This document shows positions 12,400-25,228 of a stretch of DNA of 51,591 nucleotides, in pieces. The translations under genes and the position numbers were made by a program. Source of the DNA: Chiloscyllium plagiosum (taxonomy: Eukaryota). The notes below the pieces were generated by a model that searched no databases, was not told the origin of the DNA, and saw only the letters and a program-made list of their open reading frames with translations. Every line of letters starts with the position of its first letter. Position 1 is the first letter of the stretch. The stretch covers positions 2,362,592-2,414,182 of the forward strand of contig NC_057755.1 of the NCBI RefSeq assembly GCF_004010195.1, read 5' to 3'.

Positions 12400-14240
12400 C
12401 TCTGGCCATGGTTAAACACATGGAGTAATATAGCATGGAAACACACCCTTCAGTCCAAATTATCCATGCCGAATGCATATCCTAAATTAACCCAGTCTCA
12501 TTTGCCCATGAATCCCTCTCAACTATTTCTATTTATCTACCCATCCAGATATCTTGTAATTTTGTAATTGTCCGAGCAACCACCACTTCTTCTGATAATT
12601 CATTCCATAGCCGCACCACGTCCTCTGTGAAGTAGGTGCCATTTGAGTTCCTTTTAATTTCATGCCCTCTCACCGTAAACCTATCCCCTCTCTTTCTAGA
12701 CTCCCCCATAACAGAGAAAATACCCTCTCTGCTACCACTTTCAATGTCCCTCATGATTTCATAAACGTGTATAAGGTTACACCTCAGCCTACAACGCTCC
12801 AGGGAAAACAGACCCAGTATATTCAGCCTATCCCTATACTTCAAATATTCCAAACCTGGAAACATCTTTTCTGAAACTTTTAAGCTTCCGACATTCTTGG
12901 AGGGACACTAGAACTGCAGACAATATTCTAAACGTGTCCTAAACAATGTCCTGCACAGCCACAACATGATCTCCCAATTCCTATACGCAACGCTCTGATC
13001 AGGAAAGCAAAGTATACCAAACATTGTCATCAACAACCTGTCTATCTCAGAAATCATTTTCAAGGATCTATCATCTTGCACTCCAAGGTCTCCTTGTTCA
13101 GCAACAATGTCCAGGACCTTATCAGTAACTGTGTATGTCCTGCTCTGATTTGACTTTCAAAGTGCAGCATCTCACATTCATCTAAATTAAACTCTATCTG
13201 CGACTGCTCGGATCATTGACTCATGTGATCAACCTTCTTCCCTGTCAAATCCCACTTTAAGTTTAGTGTCGTCTTCAAACTTACGAGCTAGAATGTAAAT
13301 TGTCAATTTCAAATCGTTTATATCAATGGCAAAAAGCTGTGGATCCAGCATCAATTCCACTCACACATCACTGGTCATAGGCCTCCAGTCTGAAAAGTGA
13401 GCCAACACCACCATTCTCTGTCTTCCACCGACAAGCCAGTTTTGTATCCAAATAGCTGGGTCTCCCTGAGTTCAATGCCAGCTAACCTTACGAATTTGTC
13501 TACCATGACAAACCAGTTTGAACACCTTCCTGAAGTCCACATTGATCACATCCACTGTTCTGCCTCATCAAGCCTCTTTGATTCTTCTTTACAAAACTCA
13601 GTTAAGTTGGTGAGACATGATAGTGCATGTGCAAAGGCATGTCAACTGCCCCTAATCAGTCCTTGCCACTCGAAATACATGTAAATCCTGTCCCTGCAGA
13701 TTCACTCTCACAGCTTGCCCACCACTAATGTCAGGCTCACCAGTCTTTACTGCTCTGGCTTTCCCTTCTCACCTTTCTCAAATACTGGCACCATGTTTGC
13801 CAACCTCCAGTCTTCCAGCGCCTCACCTACTGGCAATGATACAAATATCTCAGCAAGTCCCACAGCAATCCCGAAAAGATTGAGATGACACCTCATCAGG
13901 TCCTGGGAATTTATCCAACCTCATGATTTTTAAGATATCCAGCATCGCTTCTGGTGTAATACAGGCATTTTTCAAGATGTCACCATCTATTTCCCTATCA
14001 TTCTGTATCTACCATGCCTTTCTGCGTCGTAAACAAAGATGCAAAAAGCTTGTTTACTATTGCTCACATCTCCTACATTTCCACACACAGGCTGCCACAT
14101 GATGCTTCAGGAGTCCTATTTTTACCTGTGTTACAATTCTGTCCTTAATATATCTATGATATCTGTTCGGATTCTCCTTAACCCTTTTTGGCAAAGTTAT
14201 CTCATGTCCGCGTTTTGCCCTGCCGATTTCCCTCTTAAGT
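12400..14240 (-). mobile_element. Decayed CR1 LINE, RT and 3' end
   Basis: Peptide PGLEYLKYRDRLNILGLFSLERCRLRCNLIHVYEIMR is typical of the CR1 ORF2 C-terminus; many stops. Confidence 0.85.
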
Positions 14241-14419
14241 TAAAGAGTTTTGAGAAGATTTACAAACCCTTTAAAAAAGGAAATAACATCACTATAGGAA
14301 CTGATGTCACCACAGGAAATGACAAAATCCACCCTAGGTAACTCGGACATATAAATAGGAAACCGGTGACAAGACCAATGCTTCATTCGGAGGCTCACTG
14401 AATATGTTACCGTATATTG

Positions 14420-15647
14420 AGTTTTTCTTTTAATAAGTAACAAAGAAGATTGATGAGGGCAGAGCAGCAGACGTCATCTATATGGACGTCAGTAAGGCGT
14501 TGGACAGGGTTCCCCATGGGAGACTGATTAGCAAGGTTAGATCTCATGGAATAAAGGTTGAACTAGCCATTTGAATACAAAACTGACTCAAAGGTAGAAG
14601 ACAGAGGGTCGTGGTGGATGGTTGTTTTTTAGACTGGAGGCCTGTGACCAGTGGAGTGCCACAAGGATCGGTGCTGGGTCCTCTACATTTTGTCATTTAC
14701 ATAAATGATTTGCATGCGAGCATAAGAGGTAAAGTTGGTAAGTTTGCAGATGACACCAAAATTGAAGGTATGGTGAACAGCGGAGAGGGTTACTTCACAT
14801 TACAGCAGGATATGGATCAGATGGGGTAATGGGCTGAGAAGTGGCAGATGGAGTTTAATTCCGATAAATGTGAGGCGCTGCATTTTAGGAAAGCAAATCT
14901 TAGCAGCACTTATACACTTAATGGTAAGGTCCTAGGGACTGTTGCTGAACAAACAGACATTGGAGTGCAGGTTCATAGCTCCTTTAAAGTGGAGTCGCAG
15001 ATAGATAGGATAGTGAAGAAGGCGTTTGATATGCTTTCCGTTAATGGTCATAGGATTGAGTACAGGAGTTGGGAGGTCATGTTGCGGCTGCACAGAACAT
15101 TGGTTAAGGCAATGTTGGAATATTGCGTGCAATTCTGGTTTCCTTCCTATCAGAAAGATCTTGTGAAACTTGAAAAGGTCCAGAAAAGATTTGCAAGGAT
15201 GTTGCCAGAGTTGGATATCTGAGCTACAGGGAGAGGCTGAACAGGCTGGGGCTGTTTTCTCTGGAGCGTCGAAGGCTGAGGGGTGCCCTTATAGAGGTTT
15301 ACAAAATTATGAGGATCATGGATAAGATAAATAGACAAAGTCTTTTCCTGAGATCAGGGAATCCAGAACGGGAGGGTATAGGTTTAGGGTGAGAGGGTAA
15401 AGACATAAAAGAGATCTAAGGGGCAACATTTTCACGCAGAGTTTGGTACGTGTAAGGAATGAGCTGCCAGAGGCTGTGGTGGAGGCTGGTACATTTGAAA
15501 CATTTAAGAGGCATTTGGATGGGTACATGAATAGGAAGGGTTTGGAAGGATATGGGCCGGATGCTCGCAGGTGGGACTAGATTGGGTTGGGATATCTGGT
15601 CGGCGTGGACAGCTTGGACCGAAGGGTCTGTTTCCATGCTGCACATG
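14420..15647 (+). mobile_element. CR1 LINE 3' half (RT to 3' UTR), 5'-truncated and disabled
   Basis: [47 protein letters not shown]; 3' UTR ending GAAGGGTCTGTTTCCATGCTG. Confidence 0.92.
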
Positions 15648-15957
15648 GACGGCATGGTGGCACAGTGGTTAGCAATGTTACCTCACAGTGCCAGAAACCC
15701 AAGGTTCAATTCCCACCTCAGGCGACTGACTGTGTGATGTTTGCACATTCTCCCCGTGTCTGCGTGGGTTTCCTCCCGGTGCTCCAGTTTTCTCCCACGG
15801 TCAAAAGATGCGCATGGCAGGTGAATTGGCAATGCTAAATTGCCCGTAGTGTTAGGTGAAGGGGTAAATGTAGGTGTATGGGTGGGTTGCAGGTCGGTGC
15901 GGACTTGTTGGGCCGAAGGGCCTGTTTCCATACTGTAAGTAATCTAATCTAATCTAT
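15648..15957 (+). mobile_element. Full-length V-SINE (HE1-like) with (TCTAA)n tail
   Basis: A-box TGGCACAGTGG, B-box GGTTCAATTCC, V-domain TTTGCACATTCTCCCCGTGTCTGCGTGGGTTTCCTCC and tail TAATCTAATCTAATCTA. Confidence 0.9.
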
Positions 15958-15984
15958 CCAAAATAAGCATGACTCTATGTTTGA

Positions 15985-17950
15985 AACTGAATCTTCCAGC
16001 TCAGCGAATAAACCTACATCCATCCCTTCTTAAGTATGCTCATGCTCTTGTAAGTATTGACTTGATCTCTGCAGTCTATCCCTGACATATGCGTCCTTCT
16101 TGTCACCAAAACCTCAATTCTTCCCATCAACCAACATTATTTGCACCTACCAGTCTTGCCTTTCAGCCGAACAGGAACATACCGTCTCTGGACCTTTGTT
16201 ATTTCATTTTAGAGGGCGTCCCATTTTCAAACCATCACTTCACTGACAAACATTTCCCTGCAGTCAGCTTTTGAAAGTTCTTACCAGGTACTTGAAAACT
16301 TGGCCACTGTTTAAACTGATCGAATTATGTTCGCTTGCCACAAAGTGTTCTCCAGTGACGCCTCACTCACCTGGCCTGCCTTATTTCCTGAGCGTAGGTC
16401 AAGTTTTGAGCCTGCACGAGTATCTACATCTGCATACTGAATCAGAAAATTTTCTTCTACACACTTAACAACTTCCTCTCCATCTCAACGCTTGACACTC
16501 TGGCAGTCCCAGACTATGTTTGAAACGTTGCAATTCCCTACTATTACCACCCTGTTATTCTTACAGATCACTGATATCTCCTTACGAATTTTTTCTCGAC
16601 TCCGCACTTACCATTCGCGGGTCAATATTACAATCCCAATAAAGTGATCTTTTTTTCTTATTTCTCAGTTCCACACAAATATCTTCCCTGGACATAATCG
16701 CAGGAATATCCTGTCTAATTACAGCTTAATGTTATCCATTATCAAAAACACAAATTCCCTCTTCTCTTAGCTCCCTTTCTATCTTTACATCAGCCTTTAT
16801 ATTCTACAGCATTAAGCTGCCAGTCCTGTCCTCTCCTGAGCCAAGTTTTTCTAATTGCTACGATATTCCTATACCATCTTCCTAACCATCCCGAAGTTCA
16901 CCTGCTTTCCCTGTTGGTCCACTTGTATTGCACCAAGCGTAATCCAAAATCACTACCCGCAAGCACCTCCTTTTTAATTACTGCCGAACTTCTTATACTC
17001 CACATTCTGTATTTTATCCTTTTGCCTTCGTATGTCAATAGCTCCACTGTGTACATGACCTCCTGTTGGTCCCTCTCCCCGTTGAGAACATTCTGCACCC
17101 TCTCCACGATATCCTTGATCTTGGCACCAGCGATGCAACATTCCATTCTGGTTTCTCAATGTTTGTCGTAGAAAACTTTGTTTATGCCTCTGACTAGACA
17201 GTACCTTATCACAACTGATCACTTGGAACCTGACGTGCCCCTGATACACATTAGAGCCAGTATTGGTGTCAGAAACCTGGCGGTTCATGCCACATTCTCT
17301 AAGAGTCCATCACCTCCGACATTTTCCAAAGCAGCATACTTGTTTAAGATGGCGATAGCCACCGAAGACTCCTGCACTACCCACCTCCCTGTCCAACTTT
17401 TCCTGGAAGTGTCCCATCTACATGATTATATCTGCGGTTTTCGCTTCTTCATGTAAATGCTTGCCATCCCACTCTCTACCTTCTGTAAATTTCTCTTTAC
17501 CTCTAACTGCTTCTCCAATAGATCCATGGCGATTTGATAGGATTCACAACCAAACACACTTACTGTAGACATAATCTTCAGTAAATGGAAGCTTTCCCTT
17601 ACCTCCCACATCTGACATGAAAGGTGTATCAGTCCACTAAATGTCATCTTTGCACCTCAATAATCTACAGATCCAGAAAATACCACAGCCCTAGAGCTCT
17701 AAAAGACACTTCTCCGAGCTAACTTATTTCCAATGACTTCTACCTTTACAATTTAATCAAGAGACAGACCTCAATAAAACAAATACCCAAGAATGAACTC
17801 GCTCGACTCGCTGTTGTAGACTGACACAAAAAAAGGCAGCAAGGTTACACCTAAACACCATGCACTTATCTGCTCCTATGCTGTGAACTCTTACACACAA
17901 GTTCCTCCAAGGGCAGCTGTGATTTTTAGTTTTTTTTCCCAGATGTCCTC
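15985..17950 (-). mobile_element. Decayed CR1 LINE 5' part (endonuclease and ORF1 with SGNH esterase); probably the same copy as 12400-14240
   Basis: CCIAGAKIKDIVERVQNVLNGERDQQEV (esterase ORF1) and SCQMWEVRES..MDLLEKQLE (ORF1 N-terminus). Confidence 0.8.
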
Positions 17951-20356
17951 CGAAGGCCAGAAACGCATGGACACAAACAGCAAAGGCAGTAGCTGTGCAG
18001 ATTCACTGCTGTGTTAGACAGCAGTAATAGTTACTCTCTCTCTCTCTCTCTCTCAATTTTTCTCTGGCTGACCATGTGGTGTCCAACTTTGTCTATCTTC
18101 CTCCTTTTTAAATTGCCTTGCTTTGATATTTCTTTTCCCCAAATTTCCAAAACAATGCACCGATAGTTATAAAACAATTGTTTTCCAGGAATTCCTGAAA
18201 GTCAGCTCTGACACGTAAAATACCACAACGAGGGGAACAACTCTTACAGCCACAGTCTTTCCCGGACTCCATATACGTTTGCTTGGAATGTTCTGATCAA
18301 TATATTACAAAAAACATGAGAAGATGGAATAATTTGACGGAGGATGCTAACTGATCCGAGAAAGTTTGGTTTCCTCATTGAAGGGACAAATCACTATCTG
18401 TAATGATAAATTGAGGATCTGTTAATTCATGGAATCCCACAGAATTTGTTTTGGGAAGTGAACAATTCCTTGTCATATTTAGAAAATGTTCCATTTTTGC
18501 TTGAAAATTCAGTGAACAGATAATACCAAATGCAAATCAGTAGATGTGACTATTTTATTGCGTTCTCTGCATTGTCTGACTGAAATACTCTTGAGGATTG
18601 GCTTGTTGAAACTTTTTGAATAAGCGACATAATGCAACACGAAACAGACAGCTCATTACTACAAACACTGAATTTTGCGGCTCCAATCCATTGTGTCAGA
18701 AAATATGACGTTGCAAAATAATCAAGTCTCTCGGACTCTCTGTTGTGCTCTAATAATGTCAGATGCAATTAACATGAAAAGTGATAATACAAATGCTCAG
18801 CAGTTCATAGACAGAACAAGATTTCAAAACTCATATTTTTTTTTAAAAAAACTTTATTTTATAATGAGAATACCTAAATACGGTAATCATATTAGCCTAA
18901 GGAATTGATTAATTCTTACCTTCTAAACTTAGTAATATTCCTCCCGAGGCGAAACTGCTTCATGCAGTGTAAAAATATGAAGTCACGAAGACTTCTTCAG
19001 AAAAACAACAGTCATCCTAAATTCAATTTAACACTTCTCAGTGTTAAAATGTTGGAAATGGACAACGCAGAAACAGCGCATTCTGCCCACTGAGTCAATC
19101 CACTTTAACCCCCCTCAGTCTTTCTTCAATCCCACAGGACTGCAGGAAGGTTATGGCACTGAAAGAGTTTATTCATGTCTACATCAATTGAGTAAACTGG
19201 CTACCTGCTCTGCATCCTTAACAAAATGAAACTTATTGCGAAAGAAATGATGATAAAACGGAATAAATCAAACTACGTGCTTATAAAGCAGATTCAAAGG
19301 CAATGAACACGCAGCAGAAGTATAATTCTTGTTAATCTCAAACAATGCATGCATGAAACGAAACGCTACGACTTTCAAATATTACGCAAAACCCGACTCC
19401 CAACAATGCCGTTCCAAACAAAACAGCCATCAAAAACCAGAATCCCTGTATATATCACTTGGTTAAATGACGTTTGACGGCCAATTCTCAACTGGAATTG
19501 CAGTCAATTTCTTCCTGGAGATACCGCACATCTGAGCATCAACGTACTCAGCTTGAAACAATTTCTTCAGAGCTTCTCTTTTGTCCCAATACTACTGTCT
19601 GTGATCAACATACAACTTTCGCTCCAAGGTAATGTCATTTACTAAAACTCTCATTGTATTTGCATGAGCACACAGATATGCATCCACTCAGTTCCAGGGT
19701 CGTACAGGAACAAAACTAAATGACAAAAATGATAAAATTGAAAGTAAAGCTTTCTCAGTAAGGGTTTCTTCCTTAATTGAAAATTCCAGAACTCACCTAC
19801 AAAGTTTTGAGGCCCCATTAATGCCATGCTCGGTTGCAACCAGCAAAACTAAACAAAAGCTCATTCGTGCACAACGCCATTCAGCCCATCGCCAAACTTC
19901 AAACGCAATTATCAAAACAAACTGCTGCAATTACACAAATAAATCCAAGTTAACTATAAATTTTAGATGCACAGAGAAGCCCACTGCTTATTCACTTCAA
20001 CACCAGAACCAAACACAAACTCACTAATATTGCACTCTCTACACAGAATATCAACGCTCTCTGTTTCCAAAGCGATTCCTTGCCATAATTCCATTGAAAC
20101 TCTCCGTAATCTCCGATTCAAATGCGCATTTCTGGAAGGTTCGCAGATGAGATGAATAATTTCGCAGGCAATTCCTGTGGAATCTGCGATGACACAGTTT
20201 CCACAGGGACCCTGTAATCTGACAATAAATTACCGAGCTCCTGCCACTGTGTGAAGTTTGGGCACAACCGATCTATATATCATTGTCAGTGACAGAGTGA
20301 ACCCGCAGCCAACCATCAGACAGATTGACACAATTTCATTGGTGGACCGCACTTAC

Positions 20357-20423
20357 CGGGGATTGTTACAGTCGGAAGGGTCATGTAAAATAATTTCCGC
20401 AAATAGTAAAGTGAAAATGTCAT
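20357..20423 (-). CDS. GPCR gene 1 exon 1 (MTFSLYYLRKLFYMTLPTVTIP plus first base of Val codon)
   Basis: ATG at 20423, 67 nt, then a perfect GTAAGT donor (20356-20351). Phase 1 matches the exon 2 acceptor (G|TT AAT = V-N1.50) and restores TM1 (FYMTLPTVTIPVNCLVILVL). Total 309 aa. Confidence 0.82.
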
Positions 20424-20544
20424 TGTCTGCCTGAAGCTCTGTGCGCAGGCAATCTTTCTGTACTCAAAGCCGAGGTGATATAATCTCAAAGCCTTTCATT
20501 GATATCTGTTGGCATCGCCTGGGGGACTGTTACATTACAATGTG

Positions 20545-20570
20545 GTTCACTTCATTTATTTAAGAATTTG
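20545..20570 (-). promoter_or_regulatory. Candidate TATA-like element upstream of gene 1 exon 1
   Basis: Minus strand reads TTAAATAAATGAAG about 135 bp upstream of the ATG. Positional evidence only. Confidence 0.25.
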
Positions 20571-21299
20571 AACAAACAGGTGACAGCGGTGAGTGAACTC
20601 CCAGTGGACACAGATTATTTTTTAACTGTGGTTTATATGATTGTACAAATCTCAATCGGTCAGGACCAAACAGAGGGAAATGTATATTGAATGACATAAT
20701 AGAATCCTTACAACGTGGAAGCCGGCCAATGGGCCCATCAAGTCCACACTAACTCTGCAAAGGGTATCCCACCCAGACCCACCCCCTCTCTCTGTGAGGC
20801 AGCAGGGCTAACGACTGAGCCACTGTGCTGCCCTCTATACCAGCATTGACACCACAACACCATCTATCGAACTTTAAACTCTCATTTCATTTCAGTTTCG
20901 TCATTCCATTGACTTTGATCATTTGGAAATCAAAGTCCAGTTGTTGAGTGTCTCTCTGAGAAACATTCTCCTCAACCCTGGGATGTGTTTTCCATGGTTA
21001 TCAGCGACCTTCTGTGCATCGTTGGTTATTGGTGACGACACACTGTCAGTTTTAATGAACACATCATCGCAATGCAATTCCTCACCTTGTGAACAGACAG
21101 TGTCTGATTCGAACATAATTTCTCCACTCCAGGCAATAATTGAAAGGTAAAAATAACTCACTGAAAAATGCCCACAACGGTTACATAAGCTCCAATCAAT
21201 ACAGAACTTCCTACTAGGGTAACAACGCCCTGGACATGTTTCAGAGCTGACTCTGAATCACACATGATCCCTACAGCAAGACAGAGGGTGAGATATTCC

Positions 21300-21990
21300 C
21301 TGTTCACCTGCAGTGTACTGCACATGTACAGAGAAGAACTCGCACAGAGTCGAATACAACTCAGCTGATACGCTATCATTTCTGCGAACCTTATTCTTTT
21401 CTAAGGATTCAGGAGCCTTGGTCAGCACCTCCAGAGATAGCGGCTGGTCCAGCCTCTTCCATATGTTGTCAGTTAAAACCTGCACAATAGAAAGTAATGA
21501 CCGGGAGGCTGCACTGTCTGTGAGATTCTTGTCATGTAATATGGCGCAAAGGGTTTTGCTTATCCTCAGGATGTCAGAATGAGAAAACGTTACAGAGTGA
21601 TTTTTCTCCCTTTCAGGCTGCTGACCAGCCAGCACTCCCTGTGCAATTTGTCGAAGACCAAACGTGAGCGCGCTCCATCCTGCTCCACGGTGTGGACCCC
21701 GGACGGGAGATTATCTGCGTGGATTCGGAGGTAAAGAGTGAGGCTTTCTGGCTCTTCACCTCCTGAAAATCCTCCCTGACATCGACACCAATCGTCTGCA
21801 CAAGGGGTAGATTCTGCACACTTTTCTGTAGTTTGGACAGTTGTCCCCATTTCACTCTCACATTCTGAGGACCTTTGAGAATAAAGATCCGCGTGGTGTT
21901 CCCCTTGACTCATTATTGCAATTCTGAGGGAGCCTCAAAGAGGTTCTTCACGGTTCTCCAACCATTAATGTGGGAGACTACAAATTAGGC
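21300..21990 (-). mobile_element. Decayed Tx1/L1-clade ORF2 fragment, paralog of 2750-3420
   Basis: SHSDILRISKTLCAILHDKNLTDSAASRSLLSIVQVLTDNIWKRLDQPLSLEVLTKAPESLEKNK..SAELYSTL. Confidence 0.78.
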
Positions 21991-22369
21991 CACCTTTCTC
22001 CATAACTTAGAAGATAGGGATTATGAAGATAACCAATTTCCACTGTTTGTGGTTTCAAACACAAAGGGACATCGTCTGCAATGTCGGGCTAATGTGTTCA
22101 GGAGAGATGTTAGGAAGCACTGCCACACAGAAAGGGTGTTGCATGGTGGGAGCTCTCTTCCACAAAGGGTAGTGGATGCTGGATTATATGTGAATTTTAT
22201 ATCTGAGATAGATTTCTTTTTCTTAAGCATAGTTAGTAAGAGATAGGGCACAAACACAGGTATATGGAGTTTGGCTACAAATCAGGCACTGTATGCTGTG
22301 ACAAGCTCACGGGGGCTGAATGTCCTGTTATTTAGTTCCATGAGTATTAACTGCCTCTCACAGCCTAGA

Positions 22370-22576
22370 ATACGATCCCTCAAGTGTGGAATTAGGCCCT
22401 TCAGCCCAACAAGTCCATGCCTACCCTCTGAAGAGTAAACCACCCAGCCACATTCCCCTGCCCAATACTTACCCATGACGAATGCACCTAACCTACACAT
22501 CCTTGAACACCATGAGCAGCTCAGCCTGGCTCATGTTTCGGTCTTGCATATATTTTGGATTGTTTGAGGAAACCAG
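22370..22576 (-). mobile_element. V-SINE 3' part, cut by an assembly gap
   Basis: Homologous to 3795-3993. Confidence 0.75.
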
Positions 22577-23076
22577 NNNNNNNNNNNNNNNNNNNNNNNN
22601 NNNNNNNNNNNNNNNNNNNNNNNNNNNNNNNNNNNNNNNNNNNNNNNNNNNNNNNNNNNNNNNNNNNNNNNNNNNNNNNNNNNNNNNNNNNNNNNNNNNN
22701 NNNNNNNNNNNNNNNNNNNNNNNNNNNNNNNNNNNNNNNNNNNNNNNNNNNNNNNNNNNNNNNNNNNNNNNNNNNNNNNNNNNNNNNNNNNNNNNNNNNN
22801 NNNNNNNNNNNNNNNNNNNNNNNNNNNNNNNNNNNNNNNNNNNNNNNNNNNNNNNNNNNNNNNNNNNNNNNNNNNNNNNNNNNNNNNNNNNNNNNNNNNN
22901 NNNNNNNNNNNNNNNNNNNNNNNNNNNNNNNNNNNNNNNNNNNNNNNNNNNNNNNNNNNNNNNNNNNNNNNNNNNNNNNNNNNNNNNNNNNNNNNNNNNN
23001 NNNNNNNNNNNNNNNNNNNNNNNNNNNNNNNNNNNNNNNNNNNNNNNNNNNNNNNNNNNNNNNNNNNNNNNNNNNN
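22577..23076. other. Assembly gap (500 N)
   Basis: N run. Confidence 1.
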
Positions 23077-23939
23077 GTATCTGTGGGGAAAAATCAGAGT
23101 TCACATTTCAGATCCAGGAACAGTATGCAATGGACTGCAAATGCGAAAATCTTTGCAGCTGGCTGTGTCTGTTTGGCGTTCAGTTTACAAAGGGAAATAT
23201 CCCAGTGGACATAAACAGATGTGGTAGTTTTTAAGAAATTAAAATTGCAGGTCAACAATGTTAGTTCAATGAGACGCCCTGTACACATATTTTGTTGATT
23301 GAAATAATGTTTTTGGTACTTATTAATCATACAGCAAGGTTAGGGCAAGCTCGGTGACGTGGCTACATTAATTTATTGTTTGTACAGAATCTGCCCACAG
23401 TTAAATTTCCAGCGATCGCTGCTCTTCACTTTGAGATCTGTGTCCTCCTTGAGAGGAGGAAGTAAACCGTCAGTCAGTGAAAAGTCAATCACCTTTAAAA
23501 ACAAAATACCAATGAATGGGAATGCAAATGTTTGTTTCACTAAATTACTAACTTTACGAACTGCAATGTTAAGACTGATTTATAAGTAAGTTGAAGAGCA
23601 TCACCTCGAATTAACAACCCAGAATACAGAACATTTAACATGGTGCTTAAATATACGATACAAGCCTCTCTCTTTATCAAGTGTTCCAACCCTAAATAAG
23701 TATTCCAGGTTATTGTACTTCAGTTGTAGTTTCTCTCATTAGTGAAGATATTATTTCCATATCTGTGTCACAAAGTCCTTTATATCTCTCTGCGTCTGTG
23801 TACTCTATGACAATAACATTGCTCACAAGTCCAGTTTCCAGCATTAGGAGCATTTCTCTTTTTTAAGAGTGATAAAAACAAACATTCCGACTCTGCCAGG
23901 AGCCCAAACTCTGTCCCTCGTTGCTTGTTTATCGTACCA

Positions 23940-24046
23940 TAACCTCTGACGTTCCAACACAGCCACATGCTGCCTGCCCTGCTGCCTTTCCAGCTCCACA
24001 TTGTTTCCACTCTGACTTCCAGCATCTGCTGTCCTTACCGTCTGCA
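23940..24046 (+). mobile_element. Penelope-like terminal fragment
   Basis: ATGCTGCCTGCCCTGCTGCCTTTCCAGCTCCACA..TCCAGCATCTGCTGTCCTTAC is a reverse-complement relative of 2318-2400. Confidence 0.55.
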
Positions 24047-24274
24047 CAGGTTAACTCTGTAATTCACCAAACTCAGAATTGTTCACCTTGCATTTACAGA
24101 AGGATTGATGGTCTGTTCACCAATCAGTTAGTTTTACAGTTAGATTTTAATTCTTGAAAATAAATCTTCAGCTCTTAAACATATTAATTATAAGCACATG
24201 TTCACAATAAGGAACCCTTGTAAAACTGAACTCAATGAGATTGCACACTCTTTGGTTTCATCCTGACCTTAGGT

Positions 24275-24960
24275 GGAAATGGTTAGGGCTGTTGGAGGTC
24301 AGTCATCTCAGTCATCATACACCTCTGCTAGCTTCTACATGATAGCACCTTGACCCTAAAATCTGCAGCTGCCTCATCAATGCCCTTCCCTTCATCAGAA
24401 TTACAAAATTAGAGATGTAGATGTAGCTTGAATTCCAGCATCAGCAGAACTCTGTCTTTATCAATAACCTGGACCAACCATTGACGGGAAAATGACGTGG
24501 CCCAGCCACACAAGTGCTGTAGCCACAGCAGTCTCTCAGATACTGGGATTACTGTGACAGTAAGCTCCCTGCCTGCCTCTCCAATCCATGTCCACCATCC
24601 AGAAAGTAAAGCTCAGGGCTGGGTTGGAATGCTCTCCATGTACTGGCTGAATGCAGCTCAAATGCAGTACTTAGAGTAATAATCATAGAGCTCCACATTG
24701 TACAGGACAGCCAGCCAGTGGTGGTGATTGGCACACAGATCATTCAGTACTCACTCTTTTCACTAATTACACCATGACCAGCAATGAAAATCATCAACAT
24801 GATGCAAACCAGTGCAAGTCTCTTTTGAATAGCACCTTCCATGATCTCTATGCAGAACAAGGACAGCAGATGCAGAGAAACACCATCACATGCAAGTTCA
24901 CTTTCAAGCTAGATTTCATTCTGACTGAAAACTATAGTCATTCTTTCACTGTTGCTACGT
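24275..24960 (+). mobile_element. Old CR1/L2-type LINE fragment
   Basis: Similar to 7121-7560; degenerate GTTGGAGGTCAGTCATCTCAG. Confidence 0.5.
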
Positions 24961-24965
24961 AAAAA

Positions 24966-25228
24966 GATTAGATTAGATTCCCTACAGTATGGAAACAGGC
25001 CCTTCGACCCAACAAGTTCACACCCAGCCTCTAAAGAGTAACCTACCCAGATGCATTCCCCTAACAATTTAGGATAGCATGACAATTTAGCATGGCCAAT
25101 TCACCTGACCTGCACATCTTTGGATTGTGGGAGGAAACCCACGCAGACAATGTGCAAAGGCGGGAATTGAACCCAGGTCCCTGGTGCTGTCAGGCAGCAG
25201 GGAAAACCACTGAGCCACCATACCACCC
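24966..25228 (-). mobile_element. V-SINE with internal deletions
   Basis: (TAGAT)n tail at the left, GGAGGAAACCCACGCAGACA core, and GGGAATTGAACC B-box complement. Confidence 0.85.

Noticed and set aside
18250..20340. Possible decayed transposase (Transib/RAG-like) or extra exons in the AT-rich intron segment
   Set aside because: No recognisable motifs in the ORF-track translations; only short spurious ORFs.
22482..23234. Long ORFs spanning N runs (also 46773-47162 and 49962-50776)
   Set aside because: Artefacts of translating assembly gaps.
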